From the IMG/VR virus record IMGVR_UViG_3300007512_001664, positions 128,001 through 192,000 of that record: DNA of 64,000 nt; one strand, 5' to 3'. Positions 8,686 through 18,560 of this stretch are shown one piece after another. The notes under the pieces were generated by a model. It had not been told where the DNA came from. It saw nothing but the letters and a program-made list of their open reading frames with translations, and ran no database searches. This stretch comes from a virus (Duplodnaviria; Caudoviricetes). The translations under genes and the position numbers were made by a program. Each line of letters opens with the position of its first letter. Position 1 is the first letter of the stretch.

Positions 8686-9714
8686 TTAAATCTTAGATAA
8701 TAATAATTTACCTTTTAATTCGGTATAACTATTTTTAATTATAAATTGAGGAGTTATTTCGTCTCGGTCTATCTGCACACATAAGTCATTAAAATCTTTA
8801 TAATTTAATAATTCCTCTGGCCATATAAAACATTTTTCTCCTTGACTGAGTAATAGTCGAGTTTTCTCTTTTGCTGTCTCGTCGCAATATTGATTATCAA
8901 GAACCCAAATACGTTTATGGAAGGGTTTTTGATTTATTTGTTGCTGTTGTCGTTTTGTAAAACAAGATCTACCTTTACTAATACCTCCTACTGCAACACC
9001 ATTTTTAACAAAAAAACTATCTATAGGCCCTTCGAAAATAAAAATATAATCTAAATCGTTATCTATTTTATCAATATTAAATATTGTTTTATCGGCTCCT
9101 ATTTTTGAAAGATATTTTGGCTTTGTATCTTTTTTATTTTGTTTTAATTTTCTCGATTGATAAAATATAATTTTATTGTCGTCATAGAAAGGTATTATTA
9201 TTCTATTTTTATGGACGAAATCATTTCTACTAAACCACAACGTTTTAGGTTTATTAATTGCAGTTAGTAATCTCCTTTCTTTGCATGTAATTATAGCATG
9301 ATTTACCATAGGTTCATGATTATAAAAACTACACTGTACTTTATCATATAAATTAACACAATCACCGGGAAGAGACTGTGGCGGTTTCTCCGGAGTTATG
9401 GGAATGTCCTTTTCAATAGGAATATTAAATACATTTACATTCTTACATTCATTAATTATATCAATGTAATTTTTACCTGTTACCTCTTGAACCCACTTTA
9501 CAGGTGAACCACTCCAACCACAATTATGACAGAAAATATGATTTTCTTTTACTATATAGTAAAGTCTTCTTTTTTTATTCCAAGATTTACCTTCTCTACA
9601 GACCGGGCAACCGCCTTCGTATACATTAGTTAATTTTTTATACTTAGGATACCCTGCGTATTGATAAAATTTTTCTACTATATACTCCTGCGGTATAACG
9701 TCACTTAGGCTCAT
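8686..9714 (-). CDS. 61: DNA primase (gp61-like)
   Basis: Zn domain CPVC..CHNC, RIIIPF, KYL, TOPRIM FEGPIDS, VLDN, KDFND. Confidence 0.93.
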   Translation of the reverse strand: MSLSDVIPQEYIVEKFYQYAGYPKYKKLTNVYEGGCPVCREGKSWNKKRRLYYIVKENHIFCHNCGWSGSPVKWVQEVTGKNYIDIINECKNVNVFNIPIEKDIPITPEKPPQSLPGDCVNLYDKVQCSFYNHEPMVNHAIITCKERRLLTAINKPKTLWFSRNDFVHKNRIIIPFYDDNKIIFYQSRKLKQNKKDTKPKYLSKIGADKTIFNIDKIDNDLDYIFIFEGPIDSFFVKNGVAVGGISKGRSCFTKRQQQQINQKPFHKRIWVLDNQYCDETAKEKTRLLLSQGEKCFIWPEELLNYKDFNDLCVQIDRDEITPQFIIKNSYTELKGKLLLSKI

Positions 9715-9895
9715 CTTTTACTGGTCGGACATCTACTATTTGTTTTGTAATAAATTGACCAGTATGAGGATCGTTATAATGCGCTTCCGTACGTATTTCA
9801 TTACCCATTCTAACCTCTCTCATCGTAGGTGTAATTGTATTACCTGCTGGGCCCATTATGTTATTTGGATTTTTTTTATATTCAACTTTTCGCAT
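9701..9895 (-). CDS. Hypothetical protein (64 aa)
   Basis: Overlaps both neighbours in the operon. Confidence 0.65.
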   Translation of the reverse strand: MRKVEYKKNPNNIMGPAGNTITPTMREVRMGNEIRTEAHYNDPHTGQFITKQIVDVRPVKDEPK

Positions 9896-10784
9896 TTTTA
9901 ATCGCCTTGTTAATAATATTTATTATATTTTCGTTATTATTAAACGATTCGCGCCATGAAGAATAGTTTCTCACAACAGACCACATGTTCAATTTCTTTG
10001 CTTCTTCTATAAACTTTTTATAATCACTCTTATGTTTCTTGCATTTTTCTAATTGCTCTTCATATACTGGTACTTCGTCAGGATAGTAATCATAACCTGT
10101 AGTTAAGTCCATTAATTTTAAATTCCTCTCGTAAATAACTTGTTGTTCATCTGTTAATCGATTTAAATCTAATTTTTTAAATCGAGCAAGACCATATCTA
10201 GGTATTCCAGGTATATTATCAGACTTATCACCTGTTACTGCTCTGTAATTTAAATATTGCTCTTTAGTTACTCCTGTATACTCTTCGAAGTTTTGTAACG
10301 TAACTATTTTCTTTTTTATAGGGCTATAAATTCTAGTATCAACAGAGATTGTTTGTAGTAAATCTTTATCAGTGGTTACTATAACACTTTTACCGGGTAG
10401 GTGAGATGATAACCAAGACATTAAATCATCAGCCTCCATCCTTAACGGATACATATTATGTACACCTAATAAGGAAATAACATCTTGTATTTTTTCTGAG
10501 TATTCATGAACATCTTTGAACTTATCGTCGTCTCTATTTGCTTTATACTCTACGGTAATAACTTCACTCCTGAAATTAGACGAAGGCCATTCTAACTTCT
10601 TATCCCATGTACAATAAATTTGTTTTGGCTGAAACTTGTCTACATACGATTTTAAAGATCGTAAGAATAAAAATACTTGACCAGGACTATCTTTTTCGTC
10701 TAATTTGAAATTATTAGTCCAAAATATTCGGTATAAGAGGTTATTACCATCAATTATGAGATTGTTAGTTCCACCATTTTTCAT
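9882..10784 (-). CDS. rnh: 5'-3' exonuclease / T4 RNase H (FEN-like)
   Basis: IIDGNN, YKANR, EADDL, TTDKDLLQ, GDKSDNIPGI. Confidence 0.92.
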   Translation of the reverse strand: MKNGGTNNLIIDGNNLLYRIFWTNNFKLDEKDSPGQVFLFLRSLKSYVDKFQPKQIYCTWDKKLEWPSSNFRSEVITVEYKANRDDDKFKDVHEYSEKIQDVISLLGVHNMYPLRMEADDLMSWLSSHLPGKSVIVTTDKDLLQTISVDTRIYSPIKKKIVTLQNFEEYTGVTKEQYLNYRAVTGDKSDNIPGIPRYGLARFKKLDLNRLTDEQQVIYERNLKLMDLTTGYDYYPDEVPVYEEQLEKCKKHKSDYKKFIEEAKKLNMWSVVRNYSSWRESFNNNENIINIINKAIKNAKS

Positions 10785-11769
10785 TTTTAATATACCACAT
10801 TATAGTATATTTTAAATCATCGGCAAATGTTTTTTTAGTTTCAGAAAATTCTAATTGATCTCCTGCTTTAATTATCATCGATTTATATATTGAATCACTT
10901 AAGCTATATCTAAGATCATGACCTTTCCTATCCTCAGCAAAACTAATTAATTTTTTAGGTTTATCGAGTATGTCTAATATGAGATTTACAATTTCAATAT
11001 TAGGTATTTCCGATTGATAGTGCGAGTCAGGAGCAAGGTTATATATTGTTCCTGAGGTTCCTAGTTTTAATACGTTATATATTTTTTCGCAATGATCTTT
11101 GACGTATATCCATTGACGTATGTTATCACCTTTACCATATACCGGTATCTGTTCGTCGTTAGTAGCTTTTTGAGCGATAACTGGAATAAGTTTCTCGGGG
11201 TATTGCCTAGGACCAAAATTATTTGTACATCTCGTTACGATAATATCTTTCTTATATGTTTTATGAAAAGATAATGCTAATAAATCAGCGCCTGCTTTTG
11301 TTGCAGAGTATATAGAAGATGGTTCTAATAAGTCATCCTCTTCACTAGGGTTCGAATCAAATTGTAAACTACCATATACTTCATCTGTCCCTACTTGGAG
11401 AAATCTCGTATTGTCAGGTAATTGTTTTAATAATTCATACACACCTACATAATTACTATCAATAAAAACATCCCCGTCGTTAATACTATTATCTACGTGT
11501 GATTCAGCTGCGAAATTTACAATATAATCATATTGTTTATCCAATTTAAAATCCGAGACACTTACATATATTATATCTAATTTATTACTAGACCCATCCG
11601 GGTGCTTATATAAATCCCATAGATAATCTTCAGTGTTCTGTGATACACAATAGGCATAACTATCTATTATTGTTACATTACAGTTTTCACATTCACGGTG
11701 AAGTAGCTCTACGAAATGACTTCCAATGAATCCCAAGCCACCTGTTACTAGGATGTTTTTATCTTTCAT
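10765..11769 (-). CDS. rmlB: dTDP-glucose 4,6-dehydratase
   Basis: VTGGLGFIGS, FAAESHVDNS, QVGTDEVYG, YSATKAG, NNFGPRQYPEKLIP, DRKGHDLRY. Confidence 0.93.
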   Translation of the reverse strand: MKDKNILVTGGLGFIGSHFVELLHRECENCNVTIIDSYAYCVSQNTEDYLWDLYKHPDGSSNKLDIIYVSVSDFKLDKQYDYIVNFAAESHVDNSINDGDVFIDSNYVGVYELLKQLPDNTRFLQVGTDEVYGSLQFDSNPSEEDDLLEPSSIYSATKAGADLLALSFHKTYKKDIIVTRCTNNFGPRQYPEKLIPVIAQKATNDEQIPVYGKGDNIRQWIYVKDHCEKIYNVLKLGTSGTIYNLAPDSHYQSEIPNIEIVNLILDILDKPKKLISFAEDRKGHDLRYSLSDSIYKSMIIKAGDQLEFSETKKTFADDLKYTIMWYIKNEKWWN

Positions 11770-12688
11770 CTGCTATTTCTTTAGTAAAATATGTTTCTTT
11801 TTTACCTAATATTCTAAATAGTGATTCTCGTTCCGTTGGCATATCTAACCCACGTGCTTTTAATTTATCTATTGATAAAACGCAATTAGATCTATTAGCA
11901 ACAATATGTTGTTTTAATTCATTGTAAGTAATAAACTTCCAATGAGGATTCCACAAACCATGCTCATCTAAAATGCTACAAACTTCAGATGTTTGAAGAG
12001 GTTCAGGGTTTACGCAATTATAAACACCACCGGGTAAGTCTTCGATGTTAACTATTTTATTAATTACGACTAGTAAATCCTCAATAACAGTTTTAGAGTT
12101 TACATCGTTTAAGACGTTATTGTATTTTAAAATCTTACTTAAGTAGTTTTTTTGTGAATTAAAATCATTACAAATAGGCATTCTTATGCGTAGAGTATAA
12201 ACATTGCCAAAGTTGTTTAAACATAATTCTGCTGCATGTTTTGTCTTACTATACCAACTACTATCAGGGTTAGTTAACCCGAAATTTGGCTCGTCTTCTT
12301 CAGTAAATGATACTGTGTCAAGCACGTCTAATGTATCATATATACACCCGGAACTTACATTAATAAGTTTCGCGTTATGTTGAGTACAGAATTGAGCTAA
12401 CATAGTAGGTAGTGTTACGTTCAAATCCCAGCATGTTTGTTTTTGTTCTTCACATGCGTCTACATTTGGAGAACCAGTAAAACCAACACAATTAATTACC
12501 CATTTGTTTTGTGATCCTCGGAACTCGGTTATTAAATTAGTAAATAATGTTTCTTTTAACTTTTCGGGTGAAGTATATGGATAGTTCGACAAGCGAACTA
12601 CATCGTATATACCTTCTAAGTTCTCTTCAAAATGCTTATAAGCCTTCTTCCCAATATAACCGTTACCTAAGACAATTATTTTATTCAT
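11759..12688 (-). CDS. NDP-4-keto-6-deoxyglucose 3,5-epimerase/4-reductase (NRS/ER, UER1-like)
   Basis: GFTGSPNVDACE, SSGCIY, EEDEPNF, YSKTK, TLRIRMPI, N..SKILKY..V....NSKTV; closer to plant NRS/ER than to canonical RmlD. Confidence 0.8.
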   Translation of the reverse strand: MNKIIVLGNGYIGKKAYKHFEENLEGIYDVVRLSNYPYTSPEKLKETLFTNLITEFRGSQNKWVINCVGFTGSPNVDACEEQKQTCWDLNVTLPTMLAQFCTQHNAKLINVSSGCIYDTLDVLDTVSFTEEDEPNFGLTNPDSSWYSKTKHAAELCLNNFGNVYTLRIRMPICNDFNSQKNYLSKILKYNNVLNDVNSKTVIEDLLVVINKIVNIEDLPGGVYNCVNPEPLQTSEVCSILDEHGLWNPHWKFITYNELKQHIVANRSNCVLSIDKLKARGLDMPTERESLFRILGKKETYFTKEIADER

Positions 12689-12974
12689 TTGTATTTGTTT
12701 GTTCTTGTATGTCTTTAAAAAAGTCTATGTTACCTACTCGTCGTAATAATGTTTCAATAGCGTCATAATCTTGAGGATTCTTACCTGAAACAATTACTAC
12801 ACTTTCTCCTTTAAGGTCATATCCGAGTAATATAAATGATTTTAGATGCTCAGCAAGATAATCATTAATAAACGACATATCTTGTTCTTCCATAGATTCA
12901 ACAGACTCGGCTGCGTTAATGCTGGATTTTAATAGATTATCAAAATTTTTAGGTTTTGGCATTTGTTTTTTCAT
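12681..12974 (-). CDS. Hypothetical protein
   Basis: Overlapping ORF in the operon. Confidence 0.7.
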   Translation of the reverse strand: MKKQMPKPKNFDNLLKSSINAAESVESMEEQDMSFINDYLAEHLKSFILLGYDLKGESVVIVSGKNPQDYDAIETLLRRVGNIDFFKDIQEQTNTNE

Positions 12975-13263
12975 TAGGCGTAATATTTTTTTCGATTAAT
13001 TTAGTCATAATAACCTCCATACTATCTGTTTTTAATTGAAGATTTTTAAATAACACACCATCATGTAATTCGAATTTAAAGTCACCTGTCCAGTCATAAT
13101 TAACATAACACGTTATAAATAAGGCTGCCTTTTCTGGATTAATCATTATTGTCCAGCGTCTCGGGTCTTCAGAAGTATAATCAGAAAAAATTCTATTGAC
13201 CTTATAACCGTTATCTCTTAAGCGCTTGATAAAATAACCACAAGTTGTGACTTTATTTTTCAT
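12949..13263 (-). CDS. Hypothetical protein
   Basis: TAATG-coupled to the clamp gene. Confidence 0.7.
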   Translation of the reverse strand: MKNKVTTCGYFIKRLRDNGYKVNRIFSDYTSEDPRRWTIMINPEKAALFITCYVNYDWTGDFKFELHDGVLFKNLQLKTDSMEVIMTKLIEKNITPNEKTNAKT

Positions 13264-13994
13264 TAATTTTTATAACTAGTACTGACAAATGTAAGATTAC
13301 TGCCTTCTAATTGAAGTTTAATCATAAGCATTTTATACTCGTTATTTATATATATCGTTGCTTCGGAAAAGCTCAATATGGATATTAGTCTAAATAGCTC
13401 TATATCTAAAATTAATTCATAATCTAATTTATCTCCTTCATACCCTTCGGCGAGTATTGTAGTATAACTGTCAACGTTTTGTAGTTTTTTATCTGACAGT
13501 TCGGCGTACACATTTGTGTTTTCGGTTTTAAGATATAGTTTACTTGATTCGGTAACGAACGGTAGTGCTTTTAATATTGCGCTGTTCTTTTCTTTTGTCA
13601 GTTTAAAGTTAGTACTAAATGTAATGTCATTAATTTTATCAAAATTAAATACACCGTTTTTAGCTATGCTATTATCAAATAAATGATATGTAAATCGATT
13701 AGCACTGCTATTATATTTTATACAATTAGTCTGTATTTCTAGATCAATATTATCTTCATCTAAACATGATAAAATTTTAATTAGTTTTACTGTATCTGGT
13801 AAACATATATTATTTCGATCGGGTTGCTCCACCCAGTTAATCTTATATTCTGCTTTAAGAAAAATATTAGAATTATTATGTACTATAGTAGATATATTGT
13901 CATTTATATCTAGTGTTACAGATGAGTCTAATCGCGAGACTGGATTAAGAAAATTTTGAATAAAATTATCTTTATTCTTTATTGGTAGAATCAT
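13263..13994 (-). CDS. 45: Sliding clamp (gp45-like)
   Basis: 243 aa, beta-rich, N..I.LKAE...I.LPD..KL..IL; located in the replication module. Confidence 0.65.
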   Translation of the reverse strand: MILPIKNKDNFIQNFLNPVSRLDSSVTLDINDNISTIVHNNSNIFLKAEYKINWVEQPDRNNICLPDTVKLIKILSCLDEDNIDLEIQTNCIKYNSSANRFTYHLFDNSIAKNGVFNFDKINDITFSTNFKLTKEKNSAILKALPFVTESSKLYLKTENTNVYAELSDKKLQNVDSYTTILAEGYEGDKLDYELILDIELFRLISILSFSEATIYINNEYKMLMIKLQLEGSNLTFVSTSYKN

Positions 13995-14376
13995 TATCTT
14001 CGTTCAATTTGATTCGTATATTAATTTCTTTTGCGTTTTTTGCAAGTCTACGTTCAATTAGAGTCAGAAATTTTGTAAGTTGTTTCTCAACGGAAGACAC
14101 CCGCTCTATTAAATTGTTTAACAGAGCGGGATCTCCAGTCACTTGTTGTTGAGGGATGGCTTGTTGCTGTGTAGCTAACTGCTGTTGAATAAGGAATTGT
14201 TGCTGTGTAGCTAACTGTTGTTGTGCGGCTGGATTCTTCTTTTTCTTTTTATATATTCCTTTCTCTACAGGAATATCCTGCATTGTAGCGCTTTTTTGAA
14301 CAATATTCTTGTTCATTTCCTTAGCTTGATCATTCATTTGATGAATGAACATTTTTAGTGCAACGTCGTCTTCCAT
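13972..14376 (-). CDS. Hypothetical protein with Gln-rich repeat
   Basis: QQQLATQQQ twice; lies between gp32 and gp45. Confidence 0.7.
   Translation of the reverse strand: MEDDVALKMFIHQMNDQAKEMNKNIVQKSATMQDIPVEKGIYKKKKKNPAAQQQLATQQQFLIQQQLATQQQAIPQQQVTGDPALLNNLIERVSSVEKQLTKFLTLIERRLAKNAKEINIRIKLNEDNDSTNKE
14161..14217. repeat. 21-bp direct repeat, period 36
   Basis: ttgttgctgtgtagctaactg at 14161-14181 and 14197-14217. Confidence 0.9.
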
Positions 14377-14377
14377 T

Positions 14378-15244
14378 TTAATCTAAAGTATCAAGTAGTT
14401 CTTTAACTTTATCATCATCAATAGCAGGTGATTTAGAATCGTCTTTTGATGGAGTAGCATCTAAATCATCAAAATTTAAATCATCATCGTCATCATCTGA
14501 AGAGATTGTTGATGGTACTGTAGCAGTCTCTTGACCAGGGTCTTCTGTAACACCATGATAATGCTCATTAAGCATTGTTTGCAGTTCGTCATAACTCTTA
14601 ACCGGAAAAACATTTTCTAAGTCAAATGTCTGTTCGTAGATATCTTTAATAGTATCACCTGTTACTCCTGAGATTTGAGAAGGTGATGCAAAACGAGAAC
14701 TTACATATGTCGGGTACCCACCCTGCTCTTCAACTTTAACTCTAAAGTTACAACCTTCCTTTGATAGGTCAAAGATCTTTTCACCAAATTCCTCAGCATC
14801 TTCTCCCTCCATAGCTTCCATTACAATCTTATGTAATTGACGACCAAACCTAAGAATCTTTACCTTACCTTCATTCTCCGGTTTTTCCGGATCCTTTACT
14901 ACATAGACATTAACAAGCCAGTTCTCTTTACGGTTTAAAGCTTTCGCCTTGTCTTTTTCTTCTTCAGAACCAGTACGGGAGATTCTATATCGTGCTTCTG
15001 CAATAGGATCCCTCTCTCCCCACGTCTGTGGACTAATTGCACTCTGGAATTGCCCGGTCATTTCACTCACCCAGCCGTGTGAGTAATAATGAAAAAACGT
15101 CTTACCAGGGTCTTTTACAAATGGTACAAGACGCAATACATATGTATTACCTGGTTTCAATCGCATAATATTACCAGTAGATGTCTTTTGTGCGTCTTGA
15201 GCCATTGCTCCTCTAATCGATTCAAACATATTTTTCGTTGTCAT
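14378..15244 (-). CDS. 32: Single-stranded DNA-binding protein (gp32-like)
   Basis: LRLVP..HGW...DPI..R.E.W.VNVYVVKDP.KPENEGKVKILRFG, D...G.NF.VK, Y.SS.F; acidic tail. Confidence 0.9.
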   Translation of the reverse strand: MTTKNMFESIRGAMAQDAQKTSTGNIMRLKPGNTYVLRLVPFVKDPGKTFFHYYSHGWVSEMTGQFQSAISPQTWGERDPIAEARYRISRTGSEEEKDKAKALNRKENWLVNVYVVKDPEKPENEGKVKILRFGRQLHKIVMEAMEGEDAEEFGEKIFDLSKEGCNFRVKVEEQGGYPTYVSSRFASPSQISGVTGDTIKDIYEQTFDLENVFPVKSYDELQTMLNEHYHGVTEDPGQETATVPSTISSDDDDDDLNFDDLDATPSKDDSKSPAIDDDKVKELLDTLD

Positions 15245-15882
15245 TTTCTTTTTAATATTTCGTTAATGGTTTTCGTTAATTTTATTCCCAATGGTTTGAT
15301 TTTTTTCGAAAATGTATATTTCGATCTCAAACTACTTAAAGTATTATAGAAACTACTACATACAAATTCAACTATATTTTTTTCTAGCTTAATATTTTTC
15401 TCTGATACGTTAAGCGCTAATAAACTATAATAACTGATGTCTCTGTTTTTTAAATCTAAAATAAAATTTGGATACATACCTGATTCTACCTGTAGATATT
15501 CATTACACGTTGTAAGGTTATTCTTGACACAGGTATCGTAAATAAATTTAAAGCTATCTCTTAATTTAACAATATTAAATTCGTGATCAGGTTCTGTTAA
15601 TTCTAATTCTGTTACGTATTTTTTATATGTAGAAATAGCATTAAATGTACTGTAGAAATCTAAAGGCACGTATTTTTCTGAATATAATTTATATGGTGCA
15701 TTAAAAAATATATCTGGATCTATATTTTTATTTTTTAAAGTACGTGATATTTTTTTTAATAGAACGTATTTTGTATCGTCTAGTTTTTGAAAATCTTTTC
15801 TTGGTGTGAATCCTTTTTTATTTCTAGAAGTCTTCAGATAAAGATTATATATATTTTTTTCAAAAACTGATAATTCGCTCAT
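15241..15882 (-). CDS. Hypothetical protein, possibly gp59-like helicase loader
   Basis: 213 aa, basic, ATGA-coupled to gp32; the gp59 call rests on size and position only. Confidence 0.4.
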   Translation of the reverse strand: MSELSVFEKNIYNLYLKTSRNKKGFTPRKDFQKLDDTKYVLLKKISRTLKNKNIDPDIFFNAPYKLYSEKYVPLDFYSTFNAISTYKKYVTELELTEPDHEFNIVKLRDSFKFIYDTCVKNNLTTCNEYLQVESGMYPNFILDLKNRDISYYSLLALNVSEKNIKLEKNIVEFVCSSFYNTLSSLRSKYTFSKKIKPLGIKLTKTINEILKRK

Positions 15883-16157
15883 AAATCAATAGAATTTCTT
15901 TTGAGATATTTAGTTATATATTTACTTTTATACAAATAAGGATCATGTTGTAAAAATAATTTAACTAACTCAAAATTACTATCTAATAATAACGACGCTT
16001 TAAATAATTCTCTATACTTTTCTTCTTTAAGAACTAATAAAAATACATTGGCGAGATTAATTTTTCGGTTCTCGGAAATTGAAATAAAACTACATAATGA
16101 CAAGAAAACATGTACAATATCTTTTCGTTCTAAAATTGTATATGGACTGTCTGTCAT
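15879..16157 (-). CDS. Hypothetical protein
   Basis: ATGA-type overlaps on both sides. Confidence 0.65.
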   Translation of the reverse strand: MTDSPYTILERKDIVHVFLSLCSFISISENRKINLANVFLLVLKEEKYRELFKASLLLDSNFELVKLFLQHDPYLYKSKYITKYLKRNSIDL

Positions 16158-17053
16158 TTTGTATCTAGTGGTTCGAATTGCTTGCTCAAAGAGAGCACAT
16201 TATCGTTTAACATACCACCGGCTGCATATTCATGACCACCACCGTCGCATATCTTCTTAGCAAAAGTACTTAAATTAAAATCTATATTTCTATTTCTTCG
16301 GAGATATACTCTTTTGTTTTTTAAATTAATCATCATACATACATCGCAATCATAAGTATCAACAATATATTGACCTAAATCGTTAATATATTCATTTGCA
16401 AATGTACTAATAAAGTTATATTCCTTTCCACCTATAGATAATTTTGCTTTAAATAAATCTATGGTTTCTCTCATTTTTTTAAATTTATAAAAATGATAAC
16501 TAATTATTTTATTTTGTTCGTTTGTGAATCCGAAGAAACCATTTTCAAAATCGTTAATAAAGTTTTGCAGCTTATCACCATTTTTGTACCATAGATAGAA
16601 ATTTAATTTATTACTCTCCGGGTATTTTAATTCATAACAATCATAATCATTTGCAAATGTAATTAATTTTTTCTGTTCCTTAGTAAGATTTACATTTGGA
16701 TATATATGATTTAATATTTGATATAAATGTTTACTGCATGATGGTTGATTTACATTTATATATGTTTTAGCAAAAGAATAATCATCCTCATGAGATTTAT
16801 GATGATCAAAAATAATTACATTTTTTTTGTCTATTAAATCTTTAATTTCTGTAGTATCTAAATCAAAGAAGTATACTCTTTTATAATCCTCAATTTTATT
16901 ATAATTGAGCCATCCTAATAGTTTTTCACGTATGTTAGAAACCTTTAATGTAACAGCTTTTGGTTTAGTCTGTTTAAACCATGTATAAATTAAATAGCTA
17001 CAACAACCGTCGAGATCTAGGTCGGTAAAAATTATTTCATCCTTATTATTCAT
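16154..17053 (-). CDS. DHH/DHHA1 phosphoesterase
   Basis: DLDLDG, FDLD, FDHH, DYD, GGGHEYAAGG. Confidence 0.85.
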   Translation of the reverse strand: MNNKDEIIFTDLDLDGCCSYLIYTWFKQTKPKAVTLKVSNIREKLLGWLNYNKIEDYKRVYFFDLDTTEIKDLIDKKNVIIFDHHKSHEDDYSFAKTYINVNQPSCSKHLYQILNHIYPNVNLTKEQKKLITFANDYDCYELKYPESNKLNFYLWYKNGDKLQNFINDFENGFFGFTNEQNKIISYHFYKFKKMRETIDLFKAKLSIGGKEYNFISTFANEYINDLGQYIVDTYDCDVCMMINLKNKRVYLRRNRNIDFNLSTFAKKICDGGGHEYAAGGMLNDNVLSLSKQFEPLDTK

Positions 17054-17198
17054 TTAGTTCTTCTTCTGTTAAAATATTACCATAATGAGGCCAACCGTAA
17101 TCTTCTGGATGTTCTCCTAAATATCTCCAACGTATTACATTAGTATCGGGATTGCGTTCGTATATCTTTGGTCTTTTTTTATTGTTATCCTCAGACAT
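17046..17198 (-). CDS. Small hypothetical protein (50 aa), not in the ORF track
   Basis: MSEDNNKKRPKIYERNPDTNVIRWRYLGEHPEDYGWPHYGNILTEEELNE*; minus-strand TAAATA at 17205-17210. Confidence 0.65.
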   Translation of the reverse strand: MSEDNNKKRPKIYERNPDTNVIRWRYLGEHPEDYGWPHYGNILTEEELNE

Positions 17199-17207
17199 TA
17201 TATATAT

Positions 17208-18560
17208 TTACATCACTCTTCCGAATTGTACAGCGTCATCTTCCGCAGCGTTCACATCTTCATTTATATTCAAATCGTTATTTTCTGTAAGAGTAAGAGT
17301 GTTATAGTCTATAGACACTCGAGTACTACCCGTGTTAGAACCAAATCGATTTTTAATAATACCTATATGAAGAGCATCATCTTCTTCATCCTCTTCTGTT
17401 CTCCATATACTAACTATTGCATCAGCAGTAGCTCCTAGACCATAACTTTCACCAATAGCATCTAAACCAGGACCACCAGCGTTATTACCTGTACCGTACC
17501 CTGTTCTGTTTACTTGTGTTGCAGATACAATTGGACATTCAAAGGTATATGACATTGCTCTTACTTGTTCAGATATACTTTTTATTCGTTCATATGAATT
17601 ATTACCATATGTACTTGCCATTAAGTTTAAATAATCAAGTACAATAATATCAGGTTTAAATTTTTTGTTTATTAGTTTTTTTATAAAACCTTCTAATTGT
17701 GGAGGTGTAATTGAACTCGGAGCAAATTCTTTAATTATAATATTTCCTCGAGGGTGTGTTATTTTAAATTTACCTACTCTATCTCTCAATTCTTCGACGT
17801 GATCATCTAAATGATTTATAGGTAATCCAGTAAGCTTAGATGTAATTCGTTTACAATAAATCATTTCTGACATTTCGAGAGAAATAACTAAAACATTTTT
17901 ATCTTCTGCTGCAGCGTTACTTGCTATATTACTCAAGAATATAGATTTTCCAACGTTAGTAGGTCCAGCAAAAATATACATACTACGCCCTTGTTCGAGG
18001 AATCCTCCTCCTAATCTAGTATCAAGCCAATCCCAGCCTGTTTTAATTTTTTCTTCCCGTGTCGTTAGGTCAGTAATATGTTGCTCTACATCTTTAAAAT
18101 AATTATGACCTGTATTTGTCGTAATAGAGATGTTACATGCTTTTGAGAACTTATCATGAATGCTTTTTACATCTCTTTCTTTATTATCAACAATTTCTAA
18201 AAACGTATTAAACACAGCTTGTTCTTGTAAAAACTTCTCTGTGTAAGAAAGTAATAAGTCATTAGATAATTCTACTTCTAAAACATCAATGATTTTTTTA
18301 CTTGCTTCGTAATGCTGTTTAAGTTGTGGTGTGTTTAAATATAATTGTAATTCAGTAATAGTCGGACGTCTATTATTCTTCCGATAAAGTGCTTGAATGA
18401 TTTTAATTATTTGCTGAAAGTCTTTATTCTTAAAAAATTTATAATTAAGATTATCAATAATAGAATTTAGATAAACTTCGTCTTCAAGACAATTCTTAAA
18501 AACTACCTTTTCTAAATATTCTAAATCTATATCTAAGTAATTACTTTCGTTTGTTAGCAT
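17208..18560 (-). CDS. 41: Replicative helicase (gp41/DnaB-like)
   Basis: GPTNVGKS, SLEMSE, IIKEF, LDYLNL, ATQVNR, KNRFG. Confidence 0.95.
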   Translation of the reverse strand: MLTNESNYLDIDLEYLEKVVFKNCLEDEVYLNSIIDNLNYKFFKNKDFQQIIKIIQALYRKNNRRPTITELQLYLNTPQLKQHYEASKKIIDVLEVELSNDLLLSYTEKFLQEQAVFNTFLEIVDNKERDVKSIHDKFSKACNISITTNTGHNYFKDVEQHITDLTTREEKIKTGWDWLDTRLGGGFLEQGRSMYIFAGPTNVGKSIFLSNIASNAAAEDKNVLVISLEMSEMIYCKRITSKLTGLPINHLDDHVEELRDRVGKFKITHPRGNIIIKEFAPSSITPPQLEGFIKKLINKKFKPDIIVLDYLNLMASTYGNNSYERIKSISEQVRAMSYTFECPIVSATQVNRTGYGTGNNAGGPGLDAIGESYGLGATADAIVSIWRTEEDEEDDALHIGIIKNRFGSNTGSTRVSIDYNTLTLTENNDLNINEDVNAAEDDAVQFGRVM

